Origin: an uncultured Gemmatimonadaceae bacterium
GTDB lineage: Bacteria > Gemmatimonadota > Gemmatimonadetes > Gemmatimonadales > Gemmatimonadaceae
Direction: 5' to 3'
NCBI GenBank assembly: GCA_963829055.1
Contig: CAWHHI010000020.1
Location: 64,001-128,000 of the forward strand
DNA length: 64,000 nucleotides
Part shown: in pieces, positions 22,830 through 32,796 of the stretch
Numbering within the stretch: the first letter of the stretch is position 1
How the letters are laid out: every line of letters starts with the position of its first letter
Notes under the pieces: generated by a model
What the model saw: only the letters and a program-made list of their open reading frames with translations
The model's database searches: none
Told to the model about the DNA's origin: nothing
Made by a program: the position numbers and the translations under genes

Positions 22830-23528
22830 ATGAGTCGCATGTCTGATGACGCCGCCGCGGCGGTGGGCGTGACCACTGCCCTTCGGGTCTTCGTGATCGA
22901 GGACTCATCATCGGTGCGCGAAGCGCTGGAGCTCCTCCTCAATGGAGCCCCCGGCTTCGCCAGTGCGGGGACGGCCGGCGACGCGGAAAGCGCGCTCGCC
23001 ACGCATCCCGACCCTCCTCCCGACGTTGTCCTGGTCGACATCGGGCTCCCCGGAATGAGCGGCACCGATGCGCTTCCGCTTCTCCGCCGCCACTGGCCCC
23101 ACGCCGAGCTGCTCATGCTCACCGTCCACGACGAAGGGGAGCGCATTTTCGGGGCGCTCTGTGCCGGCGCGACGGGCTATCTCCTCAAGGCCACGCCGCC
23201 GACGGCGCTGCTCGACGCGATCCGCGAGGCGCACGACGGTGGTGCCCCGATGACTGCTTCGGTGGCGCGGCAGGTCGTGCGCGTGTTTCGCGCACCCGAT
23301 CCGGCGGCAGGCCTGCTCTCGCCGCGCGAGCGCGATGTTCTGCAGGGACTCGTCGACGGCAGGACGTACAAGCAGATCGGCGACGGCCTGTTCATCAGCG
23401 TCAACACGGTCGCCTTCCACGTCAAACAGATCTACCAGAAGCTCCACGTCCATTCACGCGCCGAGGCGACCGCCCGAACCGCGTCACGACCTCCCGGATC
23501 CGCCCCGAAAAACTACCCGAGTATGTAG
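22830..23528 (+). CDS. NarL/FixJ family response regulator
   Basis: IED, DVVLVDIGLPGMSG, GATGYLLK, LSPRERDVL HTH. Confidence 0.93.
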   Translation: MSRMSDDAAAAVGVTTALRVFVIEDSSSVREALELLLNGAPGFASAGTAGDAESALATHPDPPPDVVLVDIGLPGMSGTDALPLLRRHWPHAELLMLTVHDEGERIFGALCAGATGYLLKATPPTALLDAIREAHDGGAPMTASVARQVVRVFRAPDPAAGLLSPRERDVLQGLVDGRTYKQIGDGLFISVNTVAFHVKQIYQKLHVHSRAEATARTASRPPGSAPKNYPSM

Positions 23529-23529
23529 T
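23513..23529. promoter_or_regulatory. Putative response-regulator site, copy 2
   Basis: Identical 17-mer, ~80 bp upstream of the 23608 gene. Confidence 0.6.
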
Positions 23530-23607
23530 TGTGCGGTGTGGTCGATCGCCTAACGTGTAGCACCGATGGGCCGCTCGACCGTCATCCGACCCGGAGACGA
23601 CGCGACA

Positions 23608-24927
23608 ATGCGTGGATCGACAATCACCCGCGCCCGTGCGTTCCGGGCAGCGCTCGGCACACTGGCCCTCGCCGGTTGTGGTACAGACCAGCCGACGGCT
23701 CCGCCTCCAACCGCCGCCACATGCATCACGGGACTCTCGGCGCAGGCCACCTGCTATAGCGGGACACAGCTCAGCGGAGCGTCCTATCAGATTGCCGTGC
23801 CGACGAACTGGAATGGCATCCTGGTCGTCGTGGCCCGCGGTGCGACGCCAGTGCCGGCAACAGATCTCCGCACGTTCGGTGCTGCCCGCAACCTGCTGCG
23901 CGACGGAGGACTCGCGCTCGCCGCGACCACGTACCGCAGCGACACGCCACTTGCGCGAGACGCGACGGATGACGTCGAGGAGCTGCGACAGATCTTCGTC
24001 GCGAAGTTCGGCCGCCCGAAGCGCACGATCGTCTGGGGACTGTCGTTCGGCGGTCTGGTGGCGGCGCGTTGTGCGGAGCGGTTCGGGACCTTCGACGGTG
24101 TGGTGTCGCTGTGCGGACTGATGGCGGGGACGCTGCGGAGTCTCTACACACAGTTGGACGCGCGCACCGTGTACCAGTATTACTGCCGCAATCTTCCACG
24201 CAGCGACGAGCCGCGGTACGACCTGTTCCTCGGTCTCGCGCCACAGACCACGCTGACGGCGGCGGAGCTCCAGGCCCGCGTCAACGAGTGCACCGGCATC
24301 AGTCTCCCCGCGGCGCAGCGCTCGGCCGCGCAGCGTGAGAACCTGGCGAACATCCTCGCCGTGCTGCGCATCCCGGAATCGGGGCTCCTGACGAACATGG
24401 ACGCCGCGACCGCCCTGCTGAAGACGTTCCTCCAGGAGACGTTAGGCGGACACAACCCGCTGCAGAACACGAACGTCCGATACAGTGGGTCGACCGACGA
24501 CGTCGCGCTGAACCGTGACGTGCCCCGGTACCCCGCCGAGAACCAGACCGCCACCGTGCTGGCCTCGGCCGATGACCCGACGGGACGCCCGCGAGCTCCG
24601 GTGCTGACATTGCACGCCATCGACGACCCTCGCGCGTTCGTCGAAAACCAGTCGGCGTATCGCGCAGCGGTCACCAAGGCTGGCGCGTTAGGCAATCTCT
24701 TCCAGGCGTTCACGAATCAGGGCGGGCATTGTCAGTTCACCACGGCCGAGCAACTCGGGGCGCTCCAGGTGGTACTCGATTGGATCGAACGCAAAACGCC
24801 GCCTACGAACGAAGCGCTCGCTGCGGCGTGCGAGAAGTATCGACTCGAGTTCGGCACCAGCTGTCGCTTCAATGCGGGCTATCAGCCGGCCGCACTGGAA
24901 ACGCGACTCTATCCGCGACAGCCGTGA
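23608..24927 (+). CDS. Lipoprotein alpha/beta hydrolase
   Basis: Lipobox LAGC; GLSFGG nucleophile elbow; HAIDDP; GGHC. Confidence 0.8.
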   Translation: MRGSTITRARAFRAALGTLALAGCGTDQPTAPPPTAATCITGLSAQATCYSGTQLSGASYQIAVPTNWNGILVVVARGATPVPATDLRTFGAARNLLRDGGLALAATTYRSDTPLARDATDDVEELRQIFVAKFGRPKRTIVWGLSFGGLVAARCAERFGTFDGVVSLCGLMAGTLRSLYTQLDARTVYQYYCRNLPRSDEPRYDLFLGLAPQTTLTAAELQARVNECTGISLPAAQRSAAQRENLANILAVLRIPESGLLTNMDAATALLKTFLQETLGGHNPLQNTNVRYSGSTDDVALNRDVPRYPAENQTATVLASADDPTGRPRAPVLTLHAIDDPRAFVENQSAYRAAVTKAGALGNLFQAFTNQGGHCQFTTAEQLGALQVVLDWIERKTPPTNEALAAACEKYRLEFGTSCRFNAGYQPAALETRLYPRQP

Positions 24928-24989
24928 CGCGCGCGACCACCACCGCATCGATGCTGTCCGCAACCTCACACCTTCTTCAGGAGGCCCTC

Positions 24990-25832
24990 GTGCGTTCGCT
25001 CCGCGGCTTCATACTCGCACTCCCGGTGTTGACGGCCTGCGCGGACGGCGGGACCACGTCCCCGCCGCCAACGGCGCGCACCGATGGGCCGAGCCCGTCG
25101 GTCGCGGTCACGAGCGCCGCATGCGGGGACGTCGTCGTGTCAGACCTGCGGCTGGAGAACGACCTGGTGTGTGCAGGCGATGGACTCACCGTCTCCGCGA
25201 CCGGCGTCCGGATCAACCTGCACGGCCACACCATCAGCGGGAATGGCACGGGCGTCGGCATCAGAGTCAACGCCAGTCAGGACGTCTCGATTCAGGACGG
25301 CACCATCCGCGGGTTCCTCCAGGGGATGTTCGTCGCGTCGTCCACGGGAATCGTCATCAAGAACAACGAGCTCACCCAGAACGCGACCGCGGTCCTCCTG
25401 CAGGCGTCGAGCGGCAACACGATCAAGGCGAACATCGCGCGGCAAAATTCCGTTCGGGCATTCATGTTCCGCCCGAACCTGACCGGCGTGGTGTCCACCG
25501 ACAATGACGTCGTCGACAACGACATCATCGACAATCCCACAGGGATTCTCCTGATCTCGCAGCCGGGGAACACCTTCAAGGGGAACACGATCTCGGGGAG
25601 TACGGTCGCAGCGATCGACATGACCTCTCCGCCAGGCGCGAGCGGCAACGTGATCAAGGGCAACTTGCTGACGACGAGCGCCGTGGGCATCCGACTCGCC
25701 GGCGGATGGACCGGCAACACTATCCGTGGCAACACCCTTCAGGCGAACAGCTGTGCACTGCAGGGGCCGACCGCGGGCAACACGCTCCAGGGAAATACGT
25801 TCGCCGGGAACTCGGCGAATCTCTGTCCGTAG
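24990..25832 (+). CDS. Lipoprotein with parallel beta-helix (NosD/PbH1) repeats
   Basis: AGGAGG RBS plus GTG; LTAC lipobox; INLHGHTISG and repeated SGNTIKxN. Confidence 0.85.
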   Translation: MRSLRGFILALPVLTACADGGTTSPPPTARTDGPSPSVAVTSAACGDVVVSDLRLENDLVCAGDGLTVSATGVRINLHGHTISGNGTGVGIRVNASQDVSIQDGTIRGFLQGMFVASSTGIVIKNNELTQNATAVLLQASSGNTIKANIARQNSVRAFMFRPNLTGVVSTDNDVVDNDIIDNPTGILLISQPGNTFKGNTISGSTVAAIDMTSPPGASGNVIKGNLLTTSAVGIRLAGGWTGNTIRGNTLQANSCALQGPTAGNTLQGNTFAGNSANLCP

Positions 25833-25859
25833 CGGCGAGAACCCCGGTTGTCATCCCCA

Positions 25860-25975
25860 GTGGCGGCTCGTTTCCGAAGTTGCCGGACGGTGGGAGCGGC
25901 ACCGTAGAAAGCACCTGCCCGTAGTTGGGCGATTTGCGATCGAAGTCGATGACCGCGAGGAAGTCGGGCTGCCCT
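25860..25975 (-). pseudogene. Short fragment of a second SBP56-family gene
   Basis: PDFLAVIDFDRKSPNYGQVLSTVPLPPSGNFGNEP parallels DAIGVVDTDPSSPTFGKLV...GNELHH of 2884-4305. Confidence 0.65.
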
Positions 25976-27000
25976 TGGCTTCGTAGAGCTCGCCCAAGCG
26001 CTGTTGGACGCCGGCGAGGTTCAGAGATTCGTTGAACGCCGCGCCAGGCCGTTTCTGCGCCAGGTATGCGTCGCCTGTGGCAATGGTTGAATCGGGGCGC
26101 TCGAGCCGGTCGAGCACGACGAAGCGAAGCGACAGCAGGCATTCCGTGCACACGTGGAGGCGTCGATCCGCCTCGGCGACTTTCGCCAGCGACTCATCGA
26201 GTCGGCCCGCCGAAGTCCGCCAGCGCGTCGCTGAACACCTCCGCCGCGGGACGATCGACGGTCCTTCCGAGCGCGGCGAGCTGTCTCATGTAGTCCGCGC
26301 GCACCTGCTGCGCGAGCGGTGTATCGCCGGCAAAGCCCGCGGCGGCGAGCAGGTACGCGTTGAGGCGATCGACCAGCGGGAACGAATCCGGCGGCATGCG
26401 ACGCATCGTCTGGTGGAGCACGTCACGCGCGGCAGCCCGGTCCTCCTGCACAAAGGCAGCGACCAGCGCCGAGTCTATCCCGGCATTCCGGGATCGCCGC
26501 GTTGTCGCCACGCTCGAGCTGCCGCGTGCGCATCTCGCTCCGGTACTGCAGCCCTTCGCGGATCCGTCCGCGAGCGATGAGCACGGCACCAAGCTCGCCC
26601 AGCACCGAGTTCGTGATCGTTCGGCTCGTCGCGACCTTCGGCCGAATGTCCCTGTAGACCCGTTCGGCGCTGTCGTATGCGTGGAGAAAGGCCAGGTGCC
26701 GTGCCTGCGTGAGCAGCACGGTCGGCTCGTTGGGCGCGCGTCGGGCCCACTCGCGCATGAGACTATCGGCGGCGGCTTCCTGACCGGCGGCGGAGAGCCC
26801 GGAAGCCGCGTTACTCCACGTGATCGGGTTGATCGTCTCGCGATCCTGTTGCGCTGCCTTCAGGCGGTATCGCGCGGCGCGTTCGTATTCTCGGCGCTTC
26901 GTGAGAATCAGTGAGGCATTGTTGAGCGCAATGAGGTTCGTCGGCTCTCGCGCGAGCGCGGCCTCGAACGCCTCGAGCGCGCGCTCCTCGTCGACCGCCG
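25976..27000 (-). pseudogene. Kinase-type TPR C-terminal fragment, degraded
   Basis: ALEAFEAALAREP, NLAGVQQRLGELYEAKG (compare AGAHKRLGELYEAKG in the 5020-8205 gene). Confidence 0.65.
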
Positions 27001-27009
27001 GTCCGTCGC

Positions 27010-27216
27010 GTGACGCTGAACGGCTGTGCGTTCGGGAGTAACAACGTGATGTACGCCGCGTTCATGGACGCGCCATACACCACACCGATCAAACTTGGCG
27101 GCGTTGGTGGGCATAACAACAATCTCGTAACCGGGATTTCGCCGTCAGGTCAGTACATGGTGGGGCACGGCGTCACGTCGGGGAATGTCCAAGTTGGCGT
27201 GTACTGGGTCCCCTAA
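27010..27216 (+). pseudogene. C-terminal fragment of a secreted beta-repeat (HAF-like) protein
   Basis: LGGVGGHNNNLVTGISPSGQYMVG; lower GC; stop inside CCCTAAC. Confidence 0.4.
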
Positions 27217-27342
27217 CGTTGCGGACACCAGCAGATTCACGTTCGCGTGGACGATCGAAGAGGGGATTGGGCCGGCCTCTCGGCCGCGAGCAGATTGCGA
27301 GTCGACGTCGACCACGACGGAGCAGCAATCTAGTTTTCGCAC

Positions 27343-27735
27343 ATGTCCACCTCGACCCCAACTCCGTTCGAACAGCTTGGCGGCGATCCAGGCGTACGTC
27401 GTCTCGTCGATCGCTTCTACGACCTCGTCGACAGCGCGCCGGAAGCCGCGACCATCCGCCGGCTGCACGCCACGAGCCTCAAGGCATCGCGCGATAAGCT
27501 GCACCTGTATCTGATGATGTGGACGGGCGGCCCGCAGACCTACGTGGAGCGGAACGGGCACCCGCGCCTGCGCATGCGGCACTTCCCTTTTCAGATCGGC
27601 ACGCGCGAGCGTGATGAGTGGCTCTGGTGCATGGACCGCGCGCTGGATGAGCACGAGATGCCTGACGAGTTGCGCTCGCAGCTCCGGGAACGCTTCCACG
27701 CGCTCGCCGATCACATGCGGAACCAGGCGGAGTAA
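27343..27735 (+). CDS. Group II truncated hemoglobin
   Basis: LGGDPGVRRLVDRFY, WTGGPQTY, GHPRLRMRH, ERDEWL, ADHMRN. Confidence 0.93.
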   Translation: MSTSTPTPFEQLGGDPGVRRLVDRFYDLVDSAPEAATIRRLHATSLKASRDKLHLYLMMWTGGPQTYVERNGHPRLRMRHFPFQIGTRERDEWLWCMDRALDEHEMPDELRSQLRERFHALADHMRNQAE

Positions 27736-27744
27736 GGCCGGGAA

Positions 27745-28090
27745 ACGGCAACTGCAACCGCAACGGCAAATTCAACTGCAACTGCAGGACAGGATGGCCA
27801 GGATGGACAGGATTGAACAGAGCCTCCGTGTCGCATTAAGGGCCCCTCCCACAACGAGCCCAGGATGAGGGGCACGGCCGCTCGGGACGCCACTCTCCCC
27901 GAGATGTGTTCCCCACATTCGTTAGGCCCCCGGCGACACGCGCTCGACGCCGAGGCAGTCATCTTCCCAATCCTGTCCATCCTGCCAATCCTGTCTTGCA
28001 GTTGCCGTTGCCGTTTCCAGCCCATGGCATGCAAAGCCGTCATCCTGCCAATCCTGTCCATCCCGGCCATCCTGTCCTGCAGTTGCTGTT
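27745..28090. repeat. Inverted blocks of 6-mer (CAACTG) and 9-mer (CAGGATKGN) short repeats
   Basis: CAACTGCAGGACAGGATGGCCAGGATGGACAGGATTG on +, two reverse-complement copies at ~27961-28015 and ~28040-28088. Confidence 0.8.
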
Positions 28091-28162
28091 CACGCTTTAG
28101 ATCCGGACTGATGCCTGATCCTGCGCGCGAACTGTGGTCTTGACTTTGGCACGCAGCGTCTA

Positions 28163-28196
28163 TATTTAACCACTACGTTAATTAACCAACCGGTTC
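28163..28196. promoter_or_regulatory. Putative ArsR operator
   Basis: Tandem imperfect TTAACC-N-GGTTAA-type palindromes just before the ATG. Confidence 0.6.
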
Positions 28197-28203
28197 ACCG
28201 CGT

Positions 28204-28563
28204 ATGCCGACCGACCAACTGAGCATGACGTTCGCTGCCCTGGCCGACCCAACTCGACGCGCAATTCTCGCCCGGCTCATCACCGGCGAGCGCACCGTCA
28301 ATGAGTTGGCCGAGCCCTTCACGATGAGCCTGCCGGCCGTCTCGAAGCATCTGCGGGTGCTGGAGCGCGCGGGTCTCATCGCACGCGGCCGCGAGGCGCA
28401 GTGGCGACCGTGCCGCCTCGAAGCCACGCCGCTCAAGGAAGTCGCGGACTGGACCGAGCCCTATCGCGCGATCTGGGAAAAACGGTTCGATCGCCTCGAG
28501 ACCTACCTCCAACAACTCCAAACCAAGGAGAAGAGCAATGCCCGTCGGAAGCGTGGCAAATAG
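28204..28563 (+). CDS. ArsR/SmtB family regulator
   Basis: FAALADPTRRAIL, AVSKHLRVLERAGLI. Confidence 0.95.
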   Translation: MPTDQLSMTFAALADPTRRAILARLITGERTVNELAEPFTMSLPAVSKHLRVLERAGLIARGREAQWRPCRLEATPLKEVADWTEPYRAIWEKRFDRLETYLQQLQTKEKSNARRKRGK

Positions 28564-29044
28564 CGAGAGCTTCAGGATGACGACGCCGTCGGATCTCGAG
28601 ATCCGGCTGACGCGCCTGTTCGACGCACCGCGTGCGCTCGTGTTCGAGGCAATGCACACCCCTGAGCATGTGAAACAGTGGTGGGGGTGCCTGGCCCAGG
28701 GCTATTCCGTTCCTGTCTGCGAGATCGACCTGCGTCCGGGCGGCGCGTGGCGGTTCGTCAACCGGCTGCCTAACGGCAAGGAGGTCGCGTTCCACGGCGT
28801 CTACCGCGAGATCGCACGGCCAGAACGCGTCGTGAACACGGAGATCTTCGAGGAGTATCCCGACGTCGAATCTCTCGTGACGACCGTGCTGACCGAGGAG
28901 AGCGGGAAGACACGACTTACCGTGACGGCGCGATATCCGTCGGCCGAAGTCCGCGACATCGTCCTCAAGTCCGGGATGGACAGAGGCGCCGCACTGAGCT
29001 ACGACCATCTCGAGGAAGTGGCAGCGGCCCTCAACGGGTCCTGA
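28538..29044 (+). CDS. SRPBCC/AHSA1 (activator of Hsp90 ATPase-like) protein
   Basis: TRLFDAPRALVF, EIDLRPGGAWRF, SGMDRG. Confidence 0.92.
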   Translation: MPVGSVANSESFRMTTPSDLEIRLTRLFDAPRALVFEAMHTPEHVKQWWGCLAQGYSVPVCEIDLRPGGAWRFVNRLPNGKEVAFHGVYREIARPERVVNTEIFEEYPDVESLVTTVLTEESGKTRLTVTARYPSAEVRDIVLKSGMDRGAALSYDHLEEVAAALNGS

Positions 29045-29065
29045 GCGGTCCGGAGCTCCAGTATC

Positions 29066-29096
29066 GCGGGGTGCGGCGCCTAACGCCGCACCCCGC
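29066..29096. terminator. Perfect hairpin between convergent genes; loop is CCTAA
   Basis: GCGGGGTGCGGCG-CCTAA-CGCCGCACCCCGC. Confidence 0.6.
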
Positions 29097-29111
29097 TCGA
29101 CCATCGTGCGC

Positions 29112-31736
29112 CTACTCGGCTCTGAGCGTCACACCCGGATCCGCTGCCGCGGCGCGCCGAGCCGGGATGTAGCTCGCGATCGCTGCGACACTCATCAACA
29201 GCGCCGCCGATCCCAGCAGGCTCGCCAGATCTCTCGGCGCCACGCCATACACCAGGTTGCTCATGACCCCGGACAGCGCGATCGCGAGCACCAGGCCGAT
29301 GATCGAGCCCGCGACCGCCATCGACGTCCCGTTCCATATCACGAGACGCGTGACGTCGCGACCCGTCGCGCCGAGCGCAACGCGAATCCCGAATTCACGC
29401 AAGCGTTGCGTGACGCCGTACGCGACGACGCCGTAGATCCCCACTGCCGCCAGCAGGAGCGCGACACCGCCGAATGACGCCATCAGGAGCGTCGTCAACT
29501 GGCGCTGCGCCAACGAACGATCGATGATCGCGGTCATCGTGCGGACGTTGTAGACGCTCTGCTCGGGATCGACAGAGCGTATCGCGTTGGCGACCGATGC
29601 AATGGACACTCCCGGCTCTGCCGCACTCCGGACCGCGAGCACCATCCGATCCTGTGTCCACTGCCGATAGCTCCAGTACACCTGCGGTAGCGGATCGACC
29701 TCCAACCCGACGGCGCGCACATGCGCCACGACGCCGATGACGGTCGTCCAGCGACCACCGCGCCACTCCGGTTCGCGAAAGCGCTTGCCGATGGCCGTCT
29801 CGCCTGGCCACATCGTTCGCGCGACGCGCTCATCGATGATCGCGACCGGGGGTGCGTTCGCGTCGTCGTGCTCGGTAAAGCCGCGACCCGCGATGAGCCG
29901 AATGCCGAGCGTCGCGAAGTAGTCGGGCGTCACCGTTCGCGTCTCGACGTTGGTCAGCTCGCTGGCCGTTCCCGCCGCGGTCTCGAAGTGCACCGGATTG
30001 GTCTGCTCACCGGAGAGCGGAATCCTGTTGGTCAGACTCGCATTCGCCACTCCGGGCACCGCGCGCACTGCTTCGATCAATCGCCCGTAGTAGTCGGCGA
30101 CTTCCTGATCCGAGGAATGCTTGCTGCGCGACACCTCGAGTGCCAGCGTCGCGACGCCGTCGGGTCTGAAGCCGGGGTCGACTTGCGCGACATTGAGCGC
30201 GCTCTTGAGCAGGAGGCTCGCGCCGGCGAGCAGCGGAAGCGCGAACGCGACCTGCGCGGCGACGCCGATGCGCCGCGCCGTCGCGCGCCCGCGCCCGGAC
30301 GTCGACGACCGACCTCCATCCTTCATGATCGTCGTGAAGTCGGACGCCCACGCGTGCGCGGCGGGCGCGATGCTCGCCGCGAAGCCGGTGATGACCAGCA
30401 GCGCGAGCGAGAAGGCAACGACCGGCGCGCTCAGTGAGATGTTCTCGACGCGCGGGAGTCCCGCCGGCGCGTTCGCCACGAACGCGCGGACCGCCCATTC
30501 GGCCATCGCCACGCCGACCGCCCCGCCTAACGCAAGCACCGGCACCGTCTCGGCGATGGCTTGCGCCATCAACCGTGCGCGTGAGGCGCCGAGCGCCAGT
30601 CGCAACGCGAACTCTCCGCTCCGAGCGGTGGCCCGCGCGCCGAACAGGTTCGAGAGATTCACGCACGCGATGAGCAGCAGGAACGCGACCGCGGCGAGCA
30701 GGAGCGCCAGGACGGGGCGAACGTCGCGCACGGCGTCGTCGAGCATCGAGTCCACCGTCATACCGAGCTCGGTGTCGGCGGTATTCGACGTCGTTAGGCG
30801 TGCAGCCAGCGCGGCGACCTCCTGGCGCGCACGACTCAGCGTCGCGGAGGGAGCGAGGCGGGCCACGACACGGTAATTGTCCGTCACCTGACGCGTGAGC
30901 TCACCGGGTTCCAGAACGAGCGGCACCCACGCCTGGTAGGCGCTCGACGGATACTGAAAGCTCGGTGGCATCACGCCGACGATCGTGTGCGGCGATCCGT
31001 TGAGACGAATCTCGCGGCCGACGATGGTAGAATCGGCGTTGAACCGGCCACGCCAGAGTGCGTCGCTCAACAGCACGACGTGCTCGCGGCCGGGTTGATC
31101 CTCGTCGCGAGCGAACGTCCGGCCCAGTGCCGCGGACACACCCAGTACCGAAAAAAGATTGGGTGAGACGCTCACGCCCTCGAGGCGTTGCGGTTCCCCG
31201 TCGCCGACGAGGTTGAGATTCACGTTCTCGAACAGCGCGACATCATCGAACACGCCGCGGAGCTGACGAAGCTCCATGGCGTCGGCCGCCGCCGGCAAGT
31301 TGCGAACGCCGTGTCTCGTCAACCAGACGCTGACGAGCCGGTCCGGCTCCCGAAAAGGGAGCGGCCGCAGCATCACGCCGTGGACGACGCTGAAGATCGC
31401 CGTTGCCGTGCCGATCCCTAACGCGACGATCGCGACGCCGGTGAGCCCGAACACTGGTGATTTGCCGAGGAGCCGCACGCCGAACCAAATGTCGCGGAGT
31501 ACCTGGCGCATGCTCGCGCCGGGTCGGTCGTCACGTGACTGTTCCTGCATCGTGTCGACGCTGCCGAACCGCAACCGCGCTTCGCGGCGGGCGGCCGCGG
31601 GAGACATCCCGCGGGCGACGTTCGCCTCGATCTCGCGCTCGACGTGAAACCGCATCTCGTCGGCGAGGTCCGCATCGATGCGCTCGCTCCGGAAGAGTGA
31701 CCGCCAGAGCATGAGAAGCTGGTGGATGATGCGCAC
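29112..31736 (-). CDS. Duplicated orphan ABC permease (ADOP/MacB-FtsX type)
   Basis: DLADEMRFH...RFG N-terminus, two MacB_PCD+FtsX halves, REFGIRVALGA, PARRA. Confidence 0.92.
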   Translation of the reverse strand: MRIIHQLLMLWRSLFRSERIDADLADEMRFHVEREIEANVARGMSPAAARREARLRFGSVDTMQEQSRDDRPGASMRQVLRDIWFGVRLLGKSPVFGLTGVAIVALGIGTATAIFSVVHGVMLRPLPFREPDRLVSVWLTRHGVRNLPAAADAMELRQLRGVFDDVALFENVNLNLVGDGEPQRLEGVSVSPNLFSVLGVSAALGRTFARDEDQPGREHVVLLSDALWRGRFNADSTIVGREIRLNGSPHTIVGVMPPSFQYPSSAYQAWVPLVLEPGELTRQVTDNYRVVARLAPSATLSRARQEVAALAARLTTSNTADTELGMTVDSMLDDAVRDVRPVLALLLAAVAFLLLIACVNLSNLFGARATARSGEFALRLALGASRARLMAQAIAETVPVLALGGAVGVAMAEWAVRAFVANAPAGLPRVENISLSAPVVAFSLALLVITGFAASIAPAAHAWASDFTTIMKDGGRSSTSGRGRATARRIGVAAQVAFALPLLAGASLLLKSALNVAQVDPGFRPDGVATLALEVSRSKHSSDQEVADYYGRLIEAVRAVPGVANASLTNRIPLSGEQTNPVHFETAAGTASELTNVETRTVTPDYFATLGIRLIAGRGFTEHDDANAPPVAIIDERVARTMWPGETAIGKRFREPEWRGGRWTTVIGVVAHVRAVGLEVDPLPQVYWSYRQWTQDRMVLAVRSAAEPGVSIASVANAIRSVDPEQSVYNVRTMTAIIDRSLAQRQLTTLLMASFGGVALLLAAVGIYGVVAYGVTQRLREFGIRVALGATGRDVTRLVIWNGTSMAVAGSIIGLVLAIALSGVMSNLVYGVAPRDLASLLGSAALLMSVAAIASYIPARRAAAADPGVTLRAE

Positions 31737-31753
31737 TGAGCCCTCCTTTCCAA

Positions 31754-32083
31754 CTATGCGAGCCGCATAACGAGTGAGATCGCCGCCGACAATCGTTCCC
31801 AGTCGGCACGTTCCTTTTCCAGGCGACGTCGGCCCGGGGCGGTCAGTCGATAGAACCGGGCGCGTCTATTGTTTTCCGAGACGCCCCAATCGGCAGTGAT
31901 CCATCCCTGTCGCTCCAGTCGTTGAAGCGCCGGGTAGAGCGAGCCTTGATTGACGCGTAGCACGTCGCTCGACAGCAGCTGGATCCGCTGCGCGATCGCC
32001 CAGCCATGCAGCTGCTCGGTGGCGATGGTGCGCATGATGAGGAGGTCGAGCGTCCCCTGGACGAGATCGGCTGGTCTGGTCAT
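31754..32083 (-). CDS. PadR family regulator (ADOP-associated)
   Basis: [38 protein letters not shown]. Confidence 0.95.
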   Translation of the reverse strand: MTRPADLVQGTLDLLIMRTIATEQLHGWAIAQRIQLLSSDVLRVNQGSLYPALQRLERQGWITADWGVSENNRRARFYRLTAPGRRRLEKERADWERLSAAISLVMRLA

Positions 32084-32094
32084 GCTGTCCTAGG

Positions 32095-32132
32095 TTATCT
32101 ACAAGAGAGCATAAATCTGGTGTTGTAGATAA
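32095..32132. promoter_or_regulatory. Putative PadR operator
   Basis: TTATCTACAA ... TTGTAGATAA inverted repeat upstream of padR. Confidence 0.6.
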
Positions 32133-32149
32133 ACAAGGGGAGGCACTCC

Positions 32150-32201
32150 GACTCGAGGAGCGACCCCAACACCGCCCGCCTGCTGCAGCGGCACGTTAGG
32201 T
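32150..32201 (-). mobile_element. Left half of an attC site
   Basis: Gene stop inside ACCTAAC, followed by GTGCCGCTGCAGCAGGCGGG; distal half missing. Confidence 0.55.
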
Positions 32202-32720
32202 GGTGTCGCGCTGCGACTCGTGACGACGAGGGCTCCGCGAGTCGTCGGCCAGATCCGCGAACGCAATGTCGCCGCGCCCATCGACCTCACACCGGTAGAT
32301 CGCCACAGCAGCCGCACCGGCCCATTCTTCGCGGCTTTCGCGCAGTTCCTCCGCGTCCTGCTCCTGTCGGCCCCGCAACTCCGCCACCGAGGCCCACGGC
32401 AGCTTGCGCCGGTAGTCGGCACACGCCGCGGCAAGTGGGCCGCCCATTGCCGGAGCATGAAACAGCAGGACGATGTGGCGAACAGCGTGCAGCTCGACCA
32501 GGTACCGACACTCGCGCCGAAGTTGCCGTGCGCGCAGGAAGTCTCGCCCACTCGCAGCGAGCGCGCCCGCACCACCGGGCACGTAGAATCGATCATACCG
32601 AGTCACCTGGAGATGGTATGCGAGGAACTCGTCGGTCGCCTCCTGAAGTCGTCCGTCGGAGCACGCGATGACCAGCGTGCTCGGACGATCTGGCGACCAT
32701 TGCCCAAATGCCCGCGTCAT
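32196..32720 (-). CDS. Beta-carbonic-anhydrase-like small protein
   Basis: CSDGR, VPGG, H...CADY ligand pattern. Confidence 0.6.
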   Translation of the reverse strand: MTRAFGQWSPDRPSTLVIACSDGRLQEATDEFLAYHLQVTRYDRFYVPGGAGALAASGRDFLRARQLRRECRYLVELHAVRHIVLLFHAPAMGGPLAAACADYRRKLPWASVAELRGRQEQDAEELRESREEWAGAAAVAIYRCEVDGRGDIAFADLADDSRSPRRHESQRDTT

Positions 32721-32796
32721 TATCGTTTCCCTCGCATGTCACCTTGGTCGCACGCCCGACGCGAAGGCGCGAACGTCCCCACCGCCCTGATTCCCT

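Noticed and set aside
27745..28090. CRISPR array
   Set aside because: Short 6-9 bp units in inverted blocks, no repeat-spacer period, no cas genes
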